A stretch of DNA of 61,254 nt, counting the filler, from Chloroflexota bacterium (lineage in GTDB: Bacteria; Chloroflexota; Chloroflexia; QHBQ01), in NCBI GenBank assembly GCA_043754535.1. It is 6 parts of 6 records of this genome, joined end to end, with 100 filler letters (N's around TTAATTAATTAA, not from the genome) between each part and the next. Parts side by side here need not be neighbours in the genome. Positions count along the whole stretch, not along the records: positions 35,506 to 46,547 come from JAYUUN010000077.1; positions 46,648 to 57,561 come from JAYUUN010000079.1; 4 more parts are not named here. One strand, written 5' to 3'. Below the pieces are notes generated by a model, which worked only from the letters and a program-made list of their open reading frames with translations, did no database searches and had not been told where the DNA came from. The position numbers and the translations under genes were made by a program. Every line of letters starts with the position of its first letter. Position 1 is the stretch's first letter. Shown piece after piece: positions 38,008 through 48,232 of this stretch.

Positions 38008-40008
38008 ATGGCAAAGATACGACTTGTTGGGCTGATCGTGCTGCTGCTAGGGCTGGGGGCTGGGCCAGGCAGCGTGGCGGCGCAGACGGCGGATGGCCTG
38101 CGGATGACCGTCAAGCCAGGAATTGACGGCTACTATCGGGTCGGTAACTGGTTCCCCGTACAGGTGACACTAGAGAACAGCGGACCCAGCCTCAATGGGC
38201 GGCTCTGGCTGGAGGGCGACAGCTATGCCGCCAACTACATTGCCGTTGACCTACCCTCCCAGGCACGCCAGTCATACACCCTCTACACTGCCAGCAGTCG
38301 GATCAACTCCACTGCCGTCCTCCGCTTTGCCGAGGGCGACAAGGTGTATGCCGAGCAGCCGCTAACGCTCAAGTACCAGCAAGACCCCAGCTTCATCATC
38401 GGGGTGGTCGGGGGCGACAGCACCGCCCTCAGCACCCTCACTGGGGCGACCTTCGGCTACATCAGCAGCTCGCAGACGACGCAGCAGGGTGTGCAATCCA
38501 CGATCATCCACCCCAAGCTCGACGAACTGCCAGCCAATGCGCTCGCCCTGGCTACCCTCGACGTGCTAGTGATCGCTGACGGCGACACGGCAAAGTTGAG
38601 CGCGGGGCAGGTGGCGGCGGTGCGTAGCTGGCTGGCAGCAGGCGGCGACCTGGTGATCGGTGGGGGGCGCAATGCCCGCGCCAACGCCGCTGCCTTCGGC
38701 GACCTGCTGCCAGTTGAGGTCGGTGAACCGCGCTCTATCGACGGTCTCGCACCGCTCGGCACTTACATCACTGCTACCACGGCCCCGCCCGCGGAGCAGG
38801 TAGTGGTCAGTAGTGGGCCGCTCAAGCAGGGCAGCACGCTGGTGGCGATCAGCCCCGACCAGGCACAGAGCAGCCAACCGCTGATCGCCCAGCGCGAGTA
38901 CGGGCGCGGTCGCCTGCTATACTTCGCCTTCGATCCCACCCTCAGCACCCTGCGCGGCTGGGACGACTACCCACGGCTGTGGCAATTGCTGCTGGCAAAT
39001 CACAGGAGCGGGCCGGACAGTGCGGCCCTTGCTCACACCAATCAGGGCGGCAACTTCGGCTTTGCCCTACCGCAATTCGATTTGCCCAACCCAGGGCTGC
39101 TAGCCATCCTGCTGTTCGCCTACGTCATGGTGATCGGCCCGCTCAACTTCATCATCCTGGGGCGGCTGCGGCGGCGTGAACTCTCCTGGCTGACGATCCC
39201 GGCCTGCGTGGTCGCCTTCGGCCTGCTATTCTTCCTGATTGGCTACCAGACAAAGGGCAGCACCATTCTGCTCAACCGCGCCAGTGTTACCTTTGGGCAG
39301 GTGGAGGGGAACGAGGCACTTATCAGCAGCATCGTCAGCATCTTCTCGCCCAACAGGACCAGCTACGACCTGCGGCTAGGTAACGGGTTGGCGGTGGCGG
39401 ATAGCAACGGCTCGTTCGGCAGTGCTGGAGGCGGCCTACATCTCGGCACGCCCAACCGCTTCGAGGGGCTAAACATCGGCAACTGGGCGCAGGGCAACAT
39501 CAGCGTGCAAGAGGCGGCCAACCTGGCCCCCCAGTTTGCGGTCAGCAGCCTGCCCAGCAGCAGCAACCTGCGCCTGACGCTCAAGAATGTGGGCGACCGC
39601 CCCTACCGGGATATCGTGCTGTTTGAAGCTGACCACCGCAGCGACCGCTTCGACCTGGCCCCTGGCGAGAGCAAAGAAGTGTCACTCAATCAGGTGCCTG
39701 GCGGTAACGAGGAGTTCGTGCGCTACCTGGCCCATACTGGCGAGTCGATTGCTCGCTACACTGGCTACAGCTATAGCAACAGCCAGTTGACAAAGGAGGA
39801 GCGCACAGATGGCCTGCGCTACCAAATGGCGCAGACAACCCTGACCAACCGCGACTTTGGCAGCTACAACGAAGCGACCTTTGCCCCCATCTACCTGACG
39901 GCTTGGAGCGACAAAGCACGGGGCAGCAGCGAACTAGAGCAGGGAGGCGCACGCACGGACAGCAGCTTCGACCTCTACACCACACGCCTGGGGAGGGTAC
40001 GGCCATGA
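38008..40008 (+). CDS. ABC-exporter-associated exported membrane protein with a GATase-like domain
   Basis: Signal peptide, GNWFPVQVTLEN, SWLAAGGDLVIGGG, GRGR, two TMs (VIGPLNF...WLTIP); ATGA overlap with the ABC ATPase. Confidence 0.65.
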   Translation: MAKIRLVGLIVLLLGLGAGPGSVAAQTADGLRMTVKPGIDGYYRVGNWFPVQVTLENSGPSLNGRLWLEGDSYAANYIAVDLPSQARQSYTLYTASSRINSTAVLRFAEGDKVYAEQPLTLKYQQDPSFIIGVVGGDSTALSTLTGATFGYISSSQTTQQGVQSTIIHPKLDELPANALALATLDVLVIADGDTAKLSAGQVAAVRSWLAAGGDLVIGGGRNARANAAAFGDLLPVEVGEPRSIDGLAPLGTYITATTAPPAEQVVVSSGPLKQGSTLVAISPDQAQSSQPLIAQREYGRGRLLYFAFDPTLSTLRGWDDYPRLWQLLLANHRSGPDSAALAHTNQGGNFGFALPQFDLPNPGLLAILLFAYVMVIGPLNFIILGRLRRRELSWLTIPACVVAFGLLFFLIGYQTKGSTILLNRASVTFGQVEGNEALISSIVSIFSPNRTSYDLRLGNGLAVADSNGSFGSAGGGLHLGTPNRFEGLNIGNWAQGNISVQEAANLAPQFAVSSLPSSSNLRLTLKNVGDRPYRDIVLFEADHRSDRFDLAPGESKEVSLNQVPGGNEEFVRYLAHTGESIARYTGYSYSNSQLTKEERTDGLRYQMAQTTLTNRDFGSYNEATFAPIYLTAWSDKARGSSELEQGGARTDSSFDLYTTRLGRVRP

Positions 40009-41012
40009 GCCAGACGGCAACAGGGCTGGTGGTAGAGACGAGCCACCTGAGCAAGACCTACGGCCCCTTCCTGGCCGTGCGCGACCTGAACATGAACATT
40101 GCAGCAGGCAGCATCTACGGCTTCATTGGGCCGAACGGTGCAGGCAAGACCACGACCATGCGGATGCTGGCGACTCTGCTGCGGCCCAGCGGTGGCGATG
40201 CGCGGGTGGGCGGCTACTCCGTGGTCAGCGATCCAAAGGCGGTCAAGCGGCAGATCGGCTATATGCCCGACTTCTTCGGTGTGTATGACAACATGAAGAC
40301 TTGGGAGTACCTCGACTTCTTTGCCGCCAGCTATAAGGTGCCAGCCAACCGTCGGGTGGGCATGATCGACGACCTGCTCAACCTGGTTGACCTCAGCCAC
40401 AAGAAGAACGACTACGTGGATGCCCTCTCGCGGGGGATGAAGCAGCGGCTCAGTATCGCCCGCACCCTGGTTAGCGAACCGACTTTGCTGATCCTCGACG
40501 AGCCAGCCAGTGGCCTCGACCCCCGCGCCCGCATAGAACTGCGCGAACTGCTCAAGGAGTTGGGGCGGCTGGGCAAGACGATCCTGATCTCCTCGCACAT
40601 CCTCAGCGAACTGGCAGAGATGTGTACGCACATCGGGATCATCGAACGCGGGGTGCTGCTAGCAAGCGGCAGCGTGCAGGAAATCTTGCAGCGGGTGCAG
40701 CCGATCCGTGTACTGCTACTGCGCCTGTTGGCCGACCCTGGTACGGCGGCAGCCACTGTGCAGGCGGTGCCAGGTGTAGTTGGGGTGGAAGTGGTAGATG
40801 AGCCAGCCAGCCCAGCCCAGCCTGCCCCTGCGGAGGGAGCAGCTAATAGGCCACCACTTAGCCTGCGAGTGCGCTTCGACGGCGATGAGCGGGCGATGGG
40901 GCTACTGCTCTGGAGGCTGGTGCAGACGGGTCTGCCAGTCTACTCCTTCAGCGAGGAAGTTAGCAACCTGGAAGATATCTTCTTGCAGGTAACGAAGGGT
41001 CTGGTAGACTAG
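40005..41012 (+). CDS. ABC transporter ATP-binding protein
   Basis: GPNGAGKTT, LSRGMKQR, LILDEP and ISSH. Confidence 0.95.
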   Translation: MSQTATGLVVETSHLSKTYGPFLAVRDLNMNIAAGSIYGFIGPNGAGKTTTMRMLATLLRPSGGDARVGGYSVVSDPKAVKRQIGYMPDFFGVYDNMKTWEYLDFFAASYKVPANRRVGMIDDLLNLVDLSHKKNDYVDALSRGMKQRLSIARTLVSEPTLLILDEPASGLDPRARIELRELLKELGRLGKTILISSHILSELAEMCTHIGIIERGVLLASGSVQEILQRVQPIRVLLLRLLADPGTAAATVQAVPGVVGVEVVDEPASPAQPAPAEGAANRPPLSLRVRFDGDERAMGLLLWRLVQTGLPVYSFSEEVSNLEDIFLQVTKGLVD

Positions 41013-41048
41013 CAGCCTCCCCCTTGTGGGAGCCAGTAAGGGGGAAAT

Positions 41049-42047
41049 ATGGAGATCAATCCGATTATAGTCAAGGAATTGCGCGGGCGGATGCGTGGGG
41101 CGCGAGCAACGATCACGATCAGCATCCACCTGATCGCCATTGCTGTGATCATGATGCTCACCTACGCCAGCATCTACAGCAGCCAGTTTCTCAACCAGTC
41201 GGGGACGAGCGGGCGCATCCTCTACTATGTAATCATGGGGGTGCAACTGCTGACCCTCACCGTGATCAGTGTAACCAGTACCACCTCGTCGATCAGCAGC
41301 GAGCGGGAGAAGCAAACCTACGACGTGCTGCTCGTCACCCTACTCAGCCCACGCCAGATTATCCTCGGCAAGCTGACTGCTGCTCTCGCGTACTGCTTCC
41401 TGCTGATCCTCGTTGCAGTGCCGCTCGAAGTGGTGGCCGTGATGATCGGTGGTGTGGGCCTGGATGAGGTGCTAGTTGGCAACGTTGCGCTGGCGATGAT
41501 GAGCATCTTCTATGGGGTAATCGGCCTCTACTGCTCGGCGGTCTTCCGCACTAGCGGTGGGGCGAATGGCGCAGCGATTGGCTTTGTCTTCTTCATCTCG
41601 CTGTTCTGGCCGCTGCTGGTCAGCCTCTTTACCTCTGTCACCAGGTTCTATGGCGGTGATAACGCAACCTGGATAGTAACTTGGACACTGATCTCGCTCA
41701 GTCCAGGTGCGGCCTTCATCACCTCGTTTGGCATTATCGCGCTGGACAGCGGCAACAGCGACCTGTTCATTGCCAAACTACCATTCGGCAGCAACCTGTA
41801 CTTCCTGCAACCCTGGCTGATCTTCTGCATCTTCGCGCTGCTGGTCAGCGTAGTGCTGCTCAACCGGGCTACCCGCCGCCTCTACCCCAGCGACCGCCCC
41901 CTCAGCCAGAAGGAGCTACACGCCCGCATGACAGAGCAGGCAGATGGTGGGCGCAAAGCATCGGTTGTTGCTAAGTCAGCCCCCCACCCAGCAGACGAAA
42001 CGAAGCGTTTAGCCTGCGGCTGCGCTCAGGAGTCCTTCAGCACGTAG
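41049..42047 (+). CDS. ABC-2 type transporter permease
   Basis: [30 protein letters not shown] and IILGKL; multiple TMs. Confidence 0.88.
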   Translation: MEINPIIVKELRGRMRGARATITISIHLIAIAVIMMLTYASIYSSQFLNQSGTSGRILYYVIMGVQLLTLTVISVTSTTSSISSEREKQTYDVLLVTLLSPRQIILGKLTAALAYCFLLILVAVPLEVVAVMIGGVGLDEVLVGNVALAMMSIFYGVIGLYCSAVFRTSGGANGAAIGFVFFISLFWPLLVSLFTSVTRFYGGDNATWIVTWTLISLSPGAAFITSFGIIALDSGNSDLFIAKLPFGSNLYFLQPWLIFCIFALLVSVVLLNRATRRLYPSDRPLSQKELHARMTEQADGGRKASVVAKSAPHPADETKRLACGCAQESFST

Positions 42048-42694
42048 CCCACCCCGCGCACGGTCTGGATCAGCCGCGCCGCTGCGAATGGTTCGAGCTT
42101 GGCCCGCAGGTAGCGGATGTAGACATCGAGGATGTTGCTCTCACCGCCAAAGTTGTAGCCCCAGATGCGGTCGTAGAAGGTCTCGCGGGTTAGCACTTGG
42201 CGGGGGTGGCGCATGAACAACTCTAGCAGGTCGAACTCTTTGGTAGAGAGTTCGATCAGCGTTTCGCCCCACTTCACTTCGCGGGCGGCCACGTCCATCT
42301 GGAGATCAGAGAACTTCAGCACGTCCCCGCCCGGCTCTACGCGCCGCCGCAAGAGGGCGCGCACGCGGGCCAGCAACTCGTCGAGGCTGAAGGGCTTGAC
42401 CAGATAATCGTCAGCCCCGCTGTCCAGCCCCGCCACCTTGTCGCTCACTGCACTGCGGGCGGTTAGCATCAGGATCGGCACGCTGTTGACCTGGCGCAGG
42501 CGGCGGCAGACTTCTAGGCCGTCCATGCCCGGCATCATCACATCCAGGATCACAACATCGGGCGGGTTGTCACGGGCTGCCGCCAGTGCTTTGTTGCCGT
42601 CGGGCGCAAGGTCAACAATGTAGCCTTCGAGGGCCAGCCCGCTTTTGAGCAGGCGCAGGATTTCCGGGTCGTCATCCACAACCAATACACGCAT
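42026..42694 (-). CDS. OmpR-family response regulator (MprA-like)
   Basis: [27 protein letters not shown] and IQTVRGVGY; no kinase gene adjacent. Confidence 0.93.
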   Translation of the reverse strand: MRVLVVDDDPEILRLLKSGLALEGYIVDLAPDGNKALAAARDNPPDVVILDVMMPGMDGLEVCRRLRQVNSVPILMLTARSAVSDKVAGLDSGADDYLVKPFSLDELLARVRALLRRRVEPGGDVLKFSDLQMDVAAREVKWGETLIELSTKEFDLLELFMRHPRQVLTRETFYDRIWGYNFGGESNILDVYIRYLRAKLEPFAAARLIQTVRGVGYVLKDS

Positions 42695-42756
42695 AATCGT
42701 TCCCCCTAGCCTTCTATCAGCCGATTATAGCACATCCCAGCACGCACCATCCCCCG

Positions 42757-43707
42757 CTACTTGCGGCGAGTCAGCGCGATACCCACCAGTACGACTGCGC
42801 CACCGAGCAACTCCCAGGCGGTCAAGGCTTCACCACGCACCAACCAGGCGAACAGGATCGCCACTACTGGCACAAGATTGGCGTAGACCGCTGTGCGGGT
42901 GCCGCCCACCCTGCTGATCGCGTAGTACCAAAGAAGATAGGCGACTCCTATTGAGCAGAGGCCAGAGTAGACGGTCGCCAGCCACGCCTGCCAGCCGATG
43001 GCCGCCCAATTCTCGCTCAACAGGCTGGGCATGGCAACCAGGATGATCGGTGGGATACCCACCAGCCCCGCCAGCGTCGTCATCTTGTAGGGTGAGTAGC
43101 GGGCGAGCAGGGGACCAGAGAACAGGGTGTAAACGGCCCAGCTAACCATGCTGGCAACCACTAGCAGGATGCCGCTCCAGTCGCCCGCTGCCACCACGCC
43201 TGCGCTCCCAAAGATGACTAGCAGGAGGCCGCCCAGGCTAACTGCGATCCCCAGCCACGCGCTGCCCTTGAGCCGCTGGCCGAAGAAAAGGAGGGCTAGC
43301 ACCGCAACGACCAGAGGGGTGAGTGCCTGGATCAGGCTGGCGACCCCAACGGCAGTGCTGCTCAGGCCGATCACGAAGCAGATGATGAACAGGAAGTTGC
43401 CAAAGAAGCCGAGTACCGCCACCCGTCGCCAGTCTGCCAGCGGCAGTTGGTAGCCTGCTTTACCCTCGCGCCGCCAGAGGACGACAAGGAAGAAGACCAG
43501 GGCCAGCCCCGTCCGCAACGCACTGAAAGTAAGCGGCTGCATATCTTCGAGGGCGATCTTGGTCGCACTAAAGTTGATACCCCAGAAGCTGACGACCAGC
43601 AGGAGGAGAAAGTCCACCACGCCAAAACCGACTTGCCGCCCTTGCTCGACCGCCAATTCCGGTGAACCACCCTCTACCTTTGGCGGCTGCTGCTGTGTAG
43701 TTGCCAT
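42757..43707 (-). CDS. DMT/EamA family transporter
   Basis: FWGINFSATK, two EamA repeats, about 10 TMs. Confidence 0.9.
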   Translation of the reverse strand: MATTQQQPPKVEGGSPELAVEQGRQVGFGVVDFLLLLVVSFWGINFSATKIALEDMQPLTFSALRTGLALVFFLVVLWRREGKAGYQLPLADWRRVAVLGFFGNFLFIICFVIGLSSTAVGVASLIQALTPLVVAVLALLFFGQRLKGSAWLGIAVSLGGLLLVIFGSAGVVAAGDWSGILLVVASMVSWAVYTLFSGPLLARYSPYKMTTLAGLVGIPPIILVAMPSLLSENWAAIGWQAWLATVYSGLCSIGVAYLLWYYAISRVGGTRTAVYANLVPVVAILFAWLVRGEALTAWELLGGAVVLVGIALTRRK

Positions 43708-43835
43708 GCTGCGCCACTTCCTTGCTCTGCTTACAGACCCCTGTGGGATGCGTACTGCTCATTATACCAACTGCGGTTGGCGGTAGGCAAAGTAGCGGCG
43801 GAGCAGCCGATGCTGTCCGCCAGATAAACCCAGCC

Positions 43836-44723
43836 TCAGGTGTAGCTTATAGGCCCTAAAGCGGCGGCCAGCCCGGTCAGTTGCGCGCTGATCGACCACA
43901 ACCGCTGGCAGGCGGCCTCATCGTAGGATTGCGCCGCCGAGCGTTTTTCCTTCTTATCAGCGAAATACTTGCCGCTTACACTCGCCACGGCGGGGTCGGT
44001 CGCTAGCCAGATTGCTGTCTCTGCGCCCTTCTCTGGTGTGCGCATGAAGCGTGATCCCACCTTTACTAGCAGGCCCAACACGCCACCCGTGTCCACCCCA
44101 AAGTTGGTGCGAACCCCACCGGGGTGCAGGCAGTTGACGGTAACACCCGTTCCCATCAGTTTACGGGCCAGTTCGTAGGTAAACAGCACGTTCGCTAGCT
44201 TCGAGCGACCATAGGCCAGCCCAGAGTTGTAGCCTTTGACCGACTGCAAGTCGTCGAAGTCGAGTTTGCCAAACGACTGGGCCGCAGAACTGACGTTGAT
44301 GATGCGTGCTGGTGCGCTGGCCTTGATCGTATCGAGCAGCAGGTTAGTCAACAGAAAGTAGGCCAGGTGGTTGGTAGCGAAGGTGCGTTCCAGGTTGTCA
44401 CGCGTCAACTCGCGCTGCCCCACTGCCGAGCCTGCGTTGTTGACTAGCACGTGCAAGCGGTCGTGCCGCTGCTGAAAAGTGGCGGCCAGTTCGCGGATTG
44501 ACTGCTGCCAGGAGAGGTCGGCTAGTAGTAGTTCAACATTGGCGTTGCCACTCTGCGCCTTGACCGCCGCCTGCGCTGCTTCGCCCTTCACCTGGTCGCG
44601 GCTGACCATCACCACAGTGGCCCCCAGCCGGGCCAGTTCGCGGGCAGTGACGAAGCCCATCCCAGAGTTAGCCCCGGTGACGAGGCAGACCTTGCCCCGC
44701 ACGTCCCATCGTTCGTTTGCCAT
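43836..44723 (-). CDS. SDR oxidoreductase (retinol dehydrogenase-like)
   Basis: Start ATG 44723 with AGGAG SD. TGANSGMG, NNAG, YGRSK and HPG. Confidence 0.92.
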   Translation of the reverse strand: MANERWDVRGKVCLVTGANSGMGFVTARELARLGATVVMVSRDQVKGEAAQAAVKAQSGNANVELLLADLSWQQSIRELAATFQQRHDRLHVLVNNAGSAVGQRELTRDNLERTFATNHLAYFLLTNLLLDTIKASAPARIINVSSAAQSFGKLDFDDLQSVKGYNSGLAYGRSKLANVLFTYELARKLMGTGVTVNCLHPGGVRTNFGVDTGGVLGLLVKVGSRFMRTPEKGAETAIWLATDPAVASVSGKYFADKKEKRSAAQSYDEAACQRLWSISAQLTGLAAALGPISYT

Positions 44724-44865
44724 CAGACCATCTCCTTGCTTGCTCTTTAGTTTAGGACTCACGCCTTAGATACAATACTGCGGCAGATTTGTTCGTCGTA
44801 TTGTAGCACAAGATAGAGGTAACAGCCTAAGCCATCCGACTCCCATCTCAAAGAGAGCTTACGCC

Positions 44866-44897
44866 AAAGGGCGCGATCCAGGTGGATCGCGCCCTTT
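44866..44897. terminator. Bidirectional terminator (perfect 15-bp inverted repeat)
   Basis: AAAGGGCGCGATCCA-GG-TGGATCGCGCCCTTT. Confidence 0.8.
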
Positions 44898-45036
44898 CTT
44901 GCTGCGTGTCATAGTTGTACGTTCAAGGGTCGGTAGATGTAGCAGACACTCCGCTCTTATAGGCACAGCTAGAAAGCCTCCTACACTCACCAATCCCCAG
45001 CTCGCGTTGGATCAAACCAGGTTGTTGTGCTGCTTG

Positions 45037-46547
45037 CTACTTGCTGATGTAGAAGTGCAAGCGGATGTTGGTGAAACGGTCATCAGTCTGCGTGTTTGTC
45101 AAGGCCATGCCTTTGAGCGGCGCAATGTAGGGCTGCACTTCCTGCTCGTAACTCGCCTTGTGGTCAGGGTTGTTCTTGTATTCGTACTGCTCGTACATCT
45201 GGCGGATCAGGTCGAGGTTGAAGTAAAGTTGGCCGCCGTTGCGCTGGTCAATGTGCTTGATGCTAGCCTGGTAGATTGGTGCGCCAGCTAGAGCATTGTC
45301 CTTGCCGTAGCCCTCAGCGGCGGCCTTGCTACTGGCAACTACAAACGCATCGCCGCTGATGCCATAGTGTATCTCGGTTGTGCTAGTGTAGCTGCCGCCG
45401 ATGCTGCTCACGATCTTGATCACGTAGAACTTACTGCCGTTCACGCTCTCGTCACTAACTGTTACTCCCGTCTTGAACCCTGGATTACCCTGGCTCTCGC
45501 CACCGCTGGGAGTTGCGACCGCATCAACGGGGGCAGCAGCCTGCTTGCGGGCGTACTCGGTGATCTTGTCCACGAAGTTTTGTGCCTTCTGCTTGTCGCC
45601 GTCGCTGTTCAGCTTGATTGCGCCACCACCACCGATCTGCGGGAGGCCGCCATCTTTGCCTGGACCCTCGTTGGTAGCGTAGGCCATCCACTCGCCGCCC
45701 ATCCACGCCAGCACATCGTTGTCGAAGTCGAGGCCGGTTTCGGTCTTGAACTGCTGCTTGGCTTTGTCGAAATCGGCACTGTCTCCGTAGGACATACCAA
45801 GCAAACTGGACAGACTAGAGCTTTGCGCTGCGTTGATCAAGCCCTTGAGGTCTTGCGAGGCAAGCAGCCCCAGCAAGTCGGCGGGAGCCTTGCCAGGTAG
45901 GGTGCGGTTGTCAAAAGGCAACGCCTTCTGCTTGAAGTCGAGGAAGTGCGAATTGATTGCGGAGGCAATGTCCACCTGGATGCCATTGTCTTGGGCCACC
46001 ATGCTCAGGCCTATGGTGCCGCTTATGTCCATGCTGCTGAGGTAGCCGTTACTGCTCATCTGCTTATAGAAGGCCGCAGTCTTATCCAAGTTCTCGTAGA
46101 CCGTGAACATTCGGTTGGCGGGCAGCTTGTTTACCGTGTCCTGGTAGTCTTGATCAAGGTCGAGTGCCTGGTTCTTGTCCTTGCTTGCGTCCAACACAAG
46201 GTAAAGCAGGTCACGATCCATGGTCACGATTGCGTCCTTGCCACGCATCACCACGAAGAAGTCGAAGCCACTGAGCGTCAGCTTATAGATGGGCTGGGCC
46301 TGGTAGTCCGCAGCCTTGTCGAGGGTAATGCTGTCGCGGGTTCTAGCGACCAGTTGACCAGTGAGCGTGTCCTTGTCTTCTGGCTCAATGGTGGTGTCTA
46401 TTACCAACACGGTCGTGTAGCGCGCCAGCTTGTAGCCAATGCACTCGTCGTAGCCACCGACACCACTCTGTGAAATAGCGGTCTGTAGTAGCTTCATTGT
46501 GCTGCTGGGTGGCGGCACGAAGGCGTAGGTCACGTGTTCGCGCCAGA
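45037..46547 (-). CDS. DUF3352-like protein (5' truncated)
   Basis: LDQDYQDTVNKLP, GLDFDNDVLAWMGGE, FVVASS and GQLYFNL; frame open towards the gap. Confidence 0.6.
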
Positions 46548-46647
46548 NNNNNNNNNNNNNNNNNNNNNNNNNNNNNNNNNNNNNNNNNNNNTTAATTAAT
46601 TAANNNNNNNNNNNNNNNNNNNNNNNNNNNNNNNNNNNNNNNNNNNN
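46548..46647. other. Artificial contig-join spacer
   Basis: N44-TTAATTAATTAA-N44. Confidence 0.98.
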
Positions 46648-46685
46648 CCACCAGCAGTGCAACAGCGGGAGGGCGGGTTCCCGCC

Positions 46686-46729
46686 AAACAAAAAGGGTCA
46701 CTAAACGACTAGTCTAGTCGCCAGTGACC
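46686..46729 (-). terminator. Terminator after the tRNA cluster
   Basis: GGTCACT..CGACTA / TAGTCG..AGTGACC stem followed by TTTTTGTTT on the minus strand. Confidence 0.6.
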
Positions 46730-46794
46730 AGCATGGTTTTGGACACAACGCTGTGCTGCTATTGACCCGCCGGGCAGCGGACGTTTGTGGGGGG

Positions 46795-46883
46795 CGGAGA
46801 GGGTGGGATTCGAACCCACGAGACGGTTTAACCCGCCTACCCGCTTTCCAGGCGAGCTCCTTCGGCCACTCGGACACCTCCCC
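46795..46883 (-). tRNA. tRNA-Ser(GGA)
   Basis: GGGGAGGTGTCCGAGTGGCCGAAGGAGCTCGCCTGGAAAGCGGGTAGGCGGGTTAAACCGTCTCGTGGGTTCGAATCCCACCCTCTCCG: long variable arm, anticodon GGA, CCA not encoded. Confidence 0.95.
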
Positions 46884-46970
46884 CAGGGACAATGGTAGAT
46901 CGCAGACGGCTGGATTGCAGATCAGGGGCGCGTAACCCCTGCAATCCCTCACGCTGTGATCCTATATGGG

Positions 46971-47055
46971 CGGAGAGGGTGGGATTCGAACCCACGAAGG
47001 TGTGACCCTTACTCGTTTTCGAGACGAGCTCTTTCAACCGCTCAGACACCTCTCC
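46971..47055 (-). tRNA. tRNA-Ser(CGA)
   Basis: GGAGAGGTGTCTGAGCGGTTGAAAGAGCTCGTCTCGAAAACGAGTAAGGGTCACACCTTCGTGGGTTCGAATCCCACCCTCTCCG: anticodon CGA. Confidence 0.95.
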
Positions 47056-47156
47056 AGAGGCAGGGGCGAGGCTGGCTGCCAAACACCCCCTGAAATCAAA
47101 GAATACGGGGACGAGATACTTCCTCATCTCCGTATTCTGCTCCTGCTGCTTTGCTA

Positions 47157-47232
47157 TGGTGTGACCGATAGGACTTGAACCTACGACCTTTGGGTCCGCA
47201 ACCCAACGCTCTATCCACTGAGCTACGATCAC
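47157..47232 (-). tRNA. tRNA-Arg(GCG)
   Basis: GTGATCGTAGCTCAGTGGATAGAGCGTTGGGTTGCGGACCCAAAGGTCGTAGGTTCAAGTCCTATCGGTCACACCA: anticodon loop TT-GCG-GA, A20 arginine identity element, encoded CCA. Confidence 0.93.
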
Positions 47233-47264
47233 ATTTGCGATTGCATTGCCTGCGTTGCTATGCT

Positions 47265-47293
47265 ATTATAACATAAAGTTCTGCGGACTGCAA
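47265..47293 (-). promoter_or_regulatory. Promoter of the tRNA cluster
   Basis: Minus strand TTGCAG-N17-TATAAT with extended TG. Confidence 0.7.
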
Positions 47294-47382
47294 GCCATTT
47301 CCCTGCAACATTTGCCTTCGGTAGGCGGTCTAACCCGGCAGACAAGGATGGCTCGTGCCGATCCAGAGGAGACTAGCGAACC

Positions 47383-48054
47383 ATGGAACAAGACCCAAAC
47401 AAGCCACGCACCCGCAACCGCAATCCACTGAACGCTGGTGACGTGTTGCAAGACCTGAATAGCCTCGGCCTCAACAACGTGCAGGTCAGCATTCCTCAGC
47501 CCAACATCAAGGTGCCGCCCGCCCGCGAGGTCGCCAACAACCTGTTGGAAAGCTGGGTGCGCCTGCTGCTCAACCCCCGCATCAGCAACTTCGACCAGAT
47601 GGCTTACAGCACGACCTGGACAACCGCTATCGCCTCGGTGCTAGCGACTGGCCTGGTGATGGGCATCATCAACGCGATCAGGGGTATCTTCGGCAACGTA
47701 CTGTTTGGCACCTTTAATGTGCCCATCGCCCTGATCATGACCCCAGTGATGACCCTGGTTGGCTTCTTCGCAATCAGCGGCGCGCTCTATTACGGCGCAA
47801 AGCGGCTGGGTGGCGTGGGCCAATTCGGGCCACAAACGAAGATGCTTGGCCTGCTAATGCCCCCCTTTGGCCTCGCCCTGCTGATCCTTGGCTTCAAGTG
47901 GATTGGCTTCACCCTGCTTGGTGGCCTACTCGGTGGCTACGTCGTGTTCCTTACCTGGTTGATGCTGCGCTCGGTGCATCGCCTGGATGCGAAGAATGCA
48001 GGTATCCTGATCATCCTACCGGCCTTGCTCGTGCTACTCGGCATCCTGTTTTAG
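47383..48054 (+). CDS. Yip1-family membrane protein
   Basis: WVRLLLNP...F, about five TMs, AKRLGGVGQF and LRSVHRL. Confidence 0.75.
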   Translation: MEQDPNKPRTRNRNPLNAGDVLQDLNSLGLNNVQVSIPQPNIKVPPAREVANNLLESWVRLLLNPRISNFDQMAYSTTWTTAIASVLATGLVMGIINAIRGIFGNVLFGTFNVPIALIMTPVMTLVGFFAISGALYYGAKRLGGVGQFGPQTKMLGLLMPPFGLALLILGFKWIGFTLLGGLLGGYVVFLTWLMLRSVHRLDAKNAGILIILPALLVLLGILF

Positions 48055-48082
48055 TCTAAAGCAACCATCTCAACGCAGCCTG

Positions 48083-48111
48083 TTGCTTTTTGCAACTTCT
48101 GGTGCTACAAT
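48083..48111 (+). promoter_or_regulatory. Promoter of the second Yip1 gene
   Basis: TTGCTT-N17-TACAAT with extended TG. Confidence 0.55.
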
Positions 48112-48232
48112 CACGTAGATTAGCCGAAGGAATAGTGGAAGCCAGAGATTGGCAATGGCTGGCAGCGCGCCCCATGCTGCCTCGTCTGCACCGGCAGTGA
48201 ACCGGCAATACAGGAAGGTCTAAGGCCAACTC

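Noticed and set aside
44771..44805. TACAATAC-N19-GTATTGTA inverted repeat as an operator
   Set aside because: Arms are only 8 bp with a long spacer, one arm is the -10 box itself, and no regulator gene is adjacent.
44898..45036. 6S RNA or small ORF between DUF3352 and its terminator
   Set aside because: Only a short GTTCAAGGGT resemblance; I could not build the long 6S hairpin or find a promoter.
46648..46794. Integrative element attachment site at the tRNA-Ser(GGA) 3' end
   Set aside because: No integrase or duplicated 3' fragment is visible; the shared 3' sequence at 46971 is simply the second Ser tRNA.
46701..47232. ORFs over the tRNA cluster and over tRNA-Ala (3884-4075)
   Set aside because: Explained by the tRNA genes.
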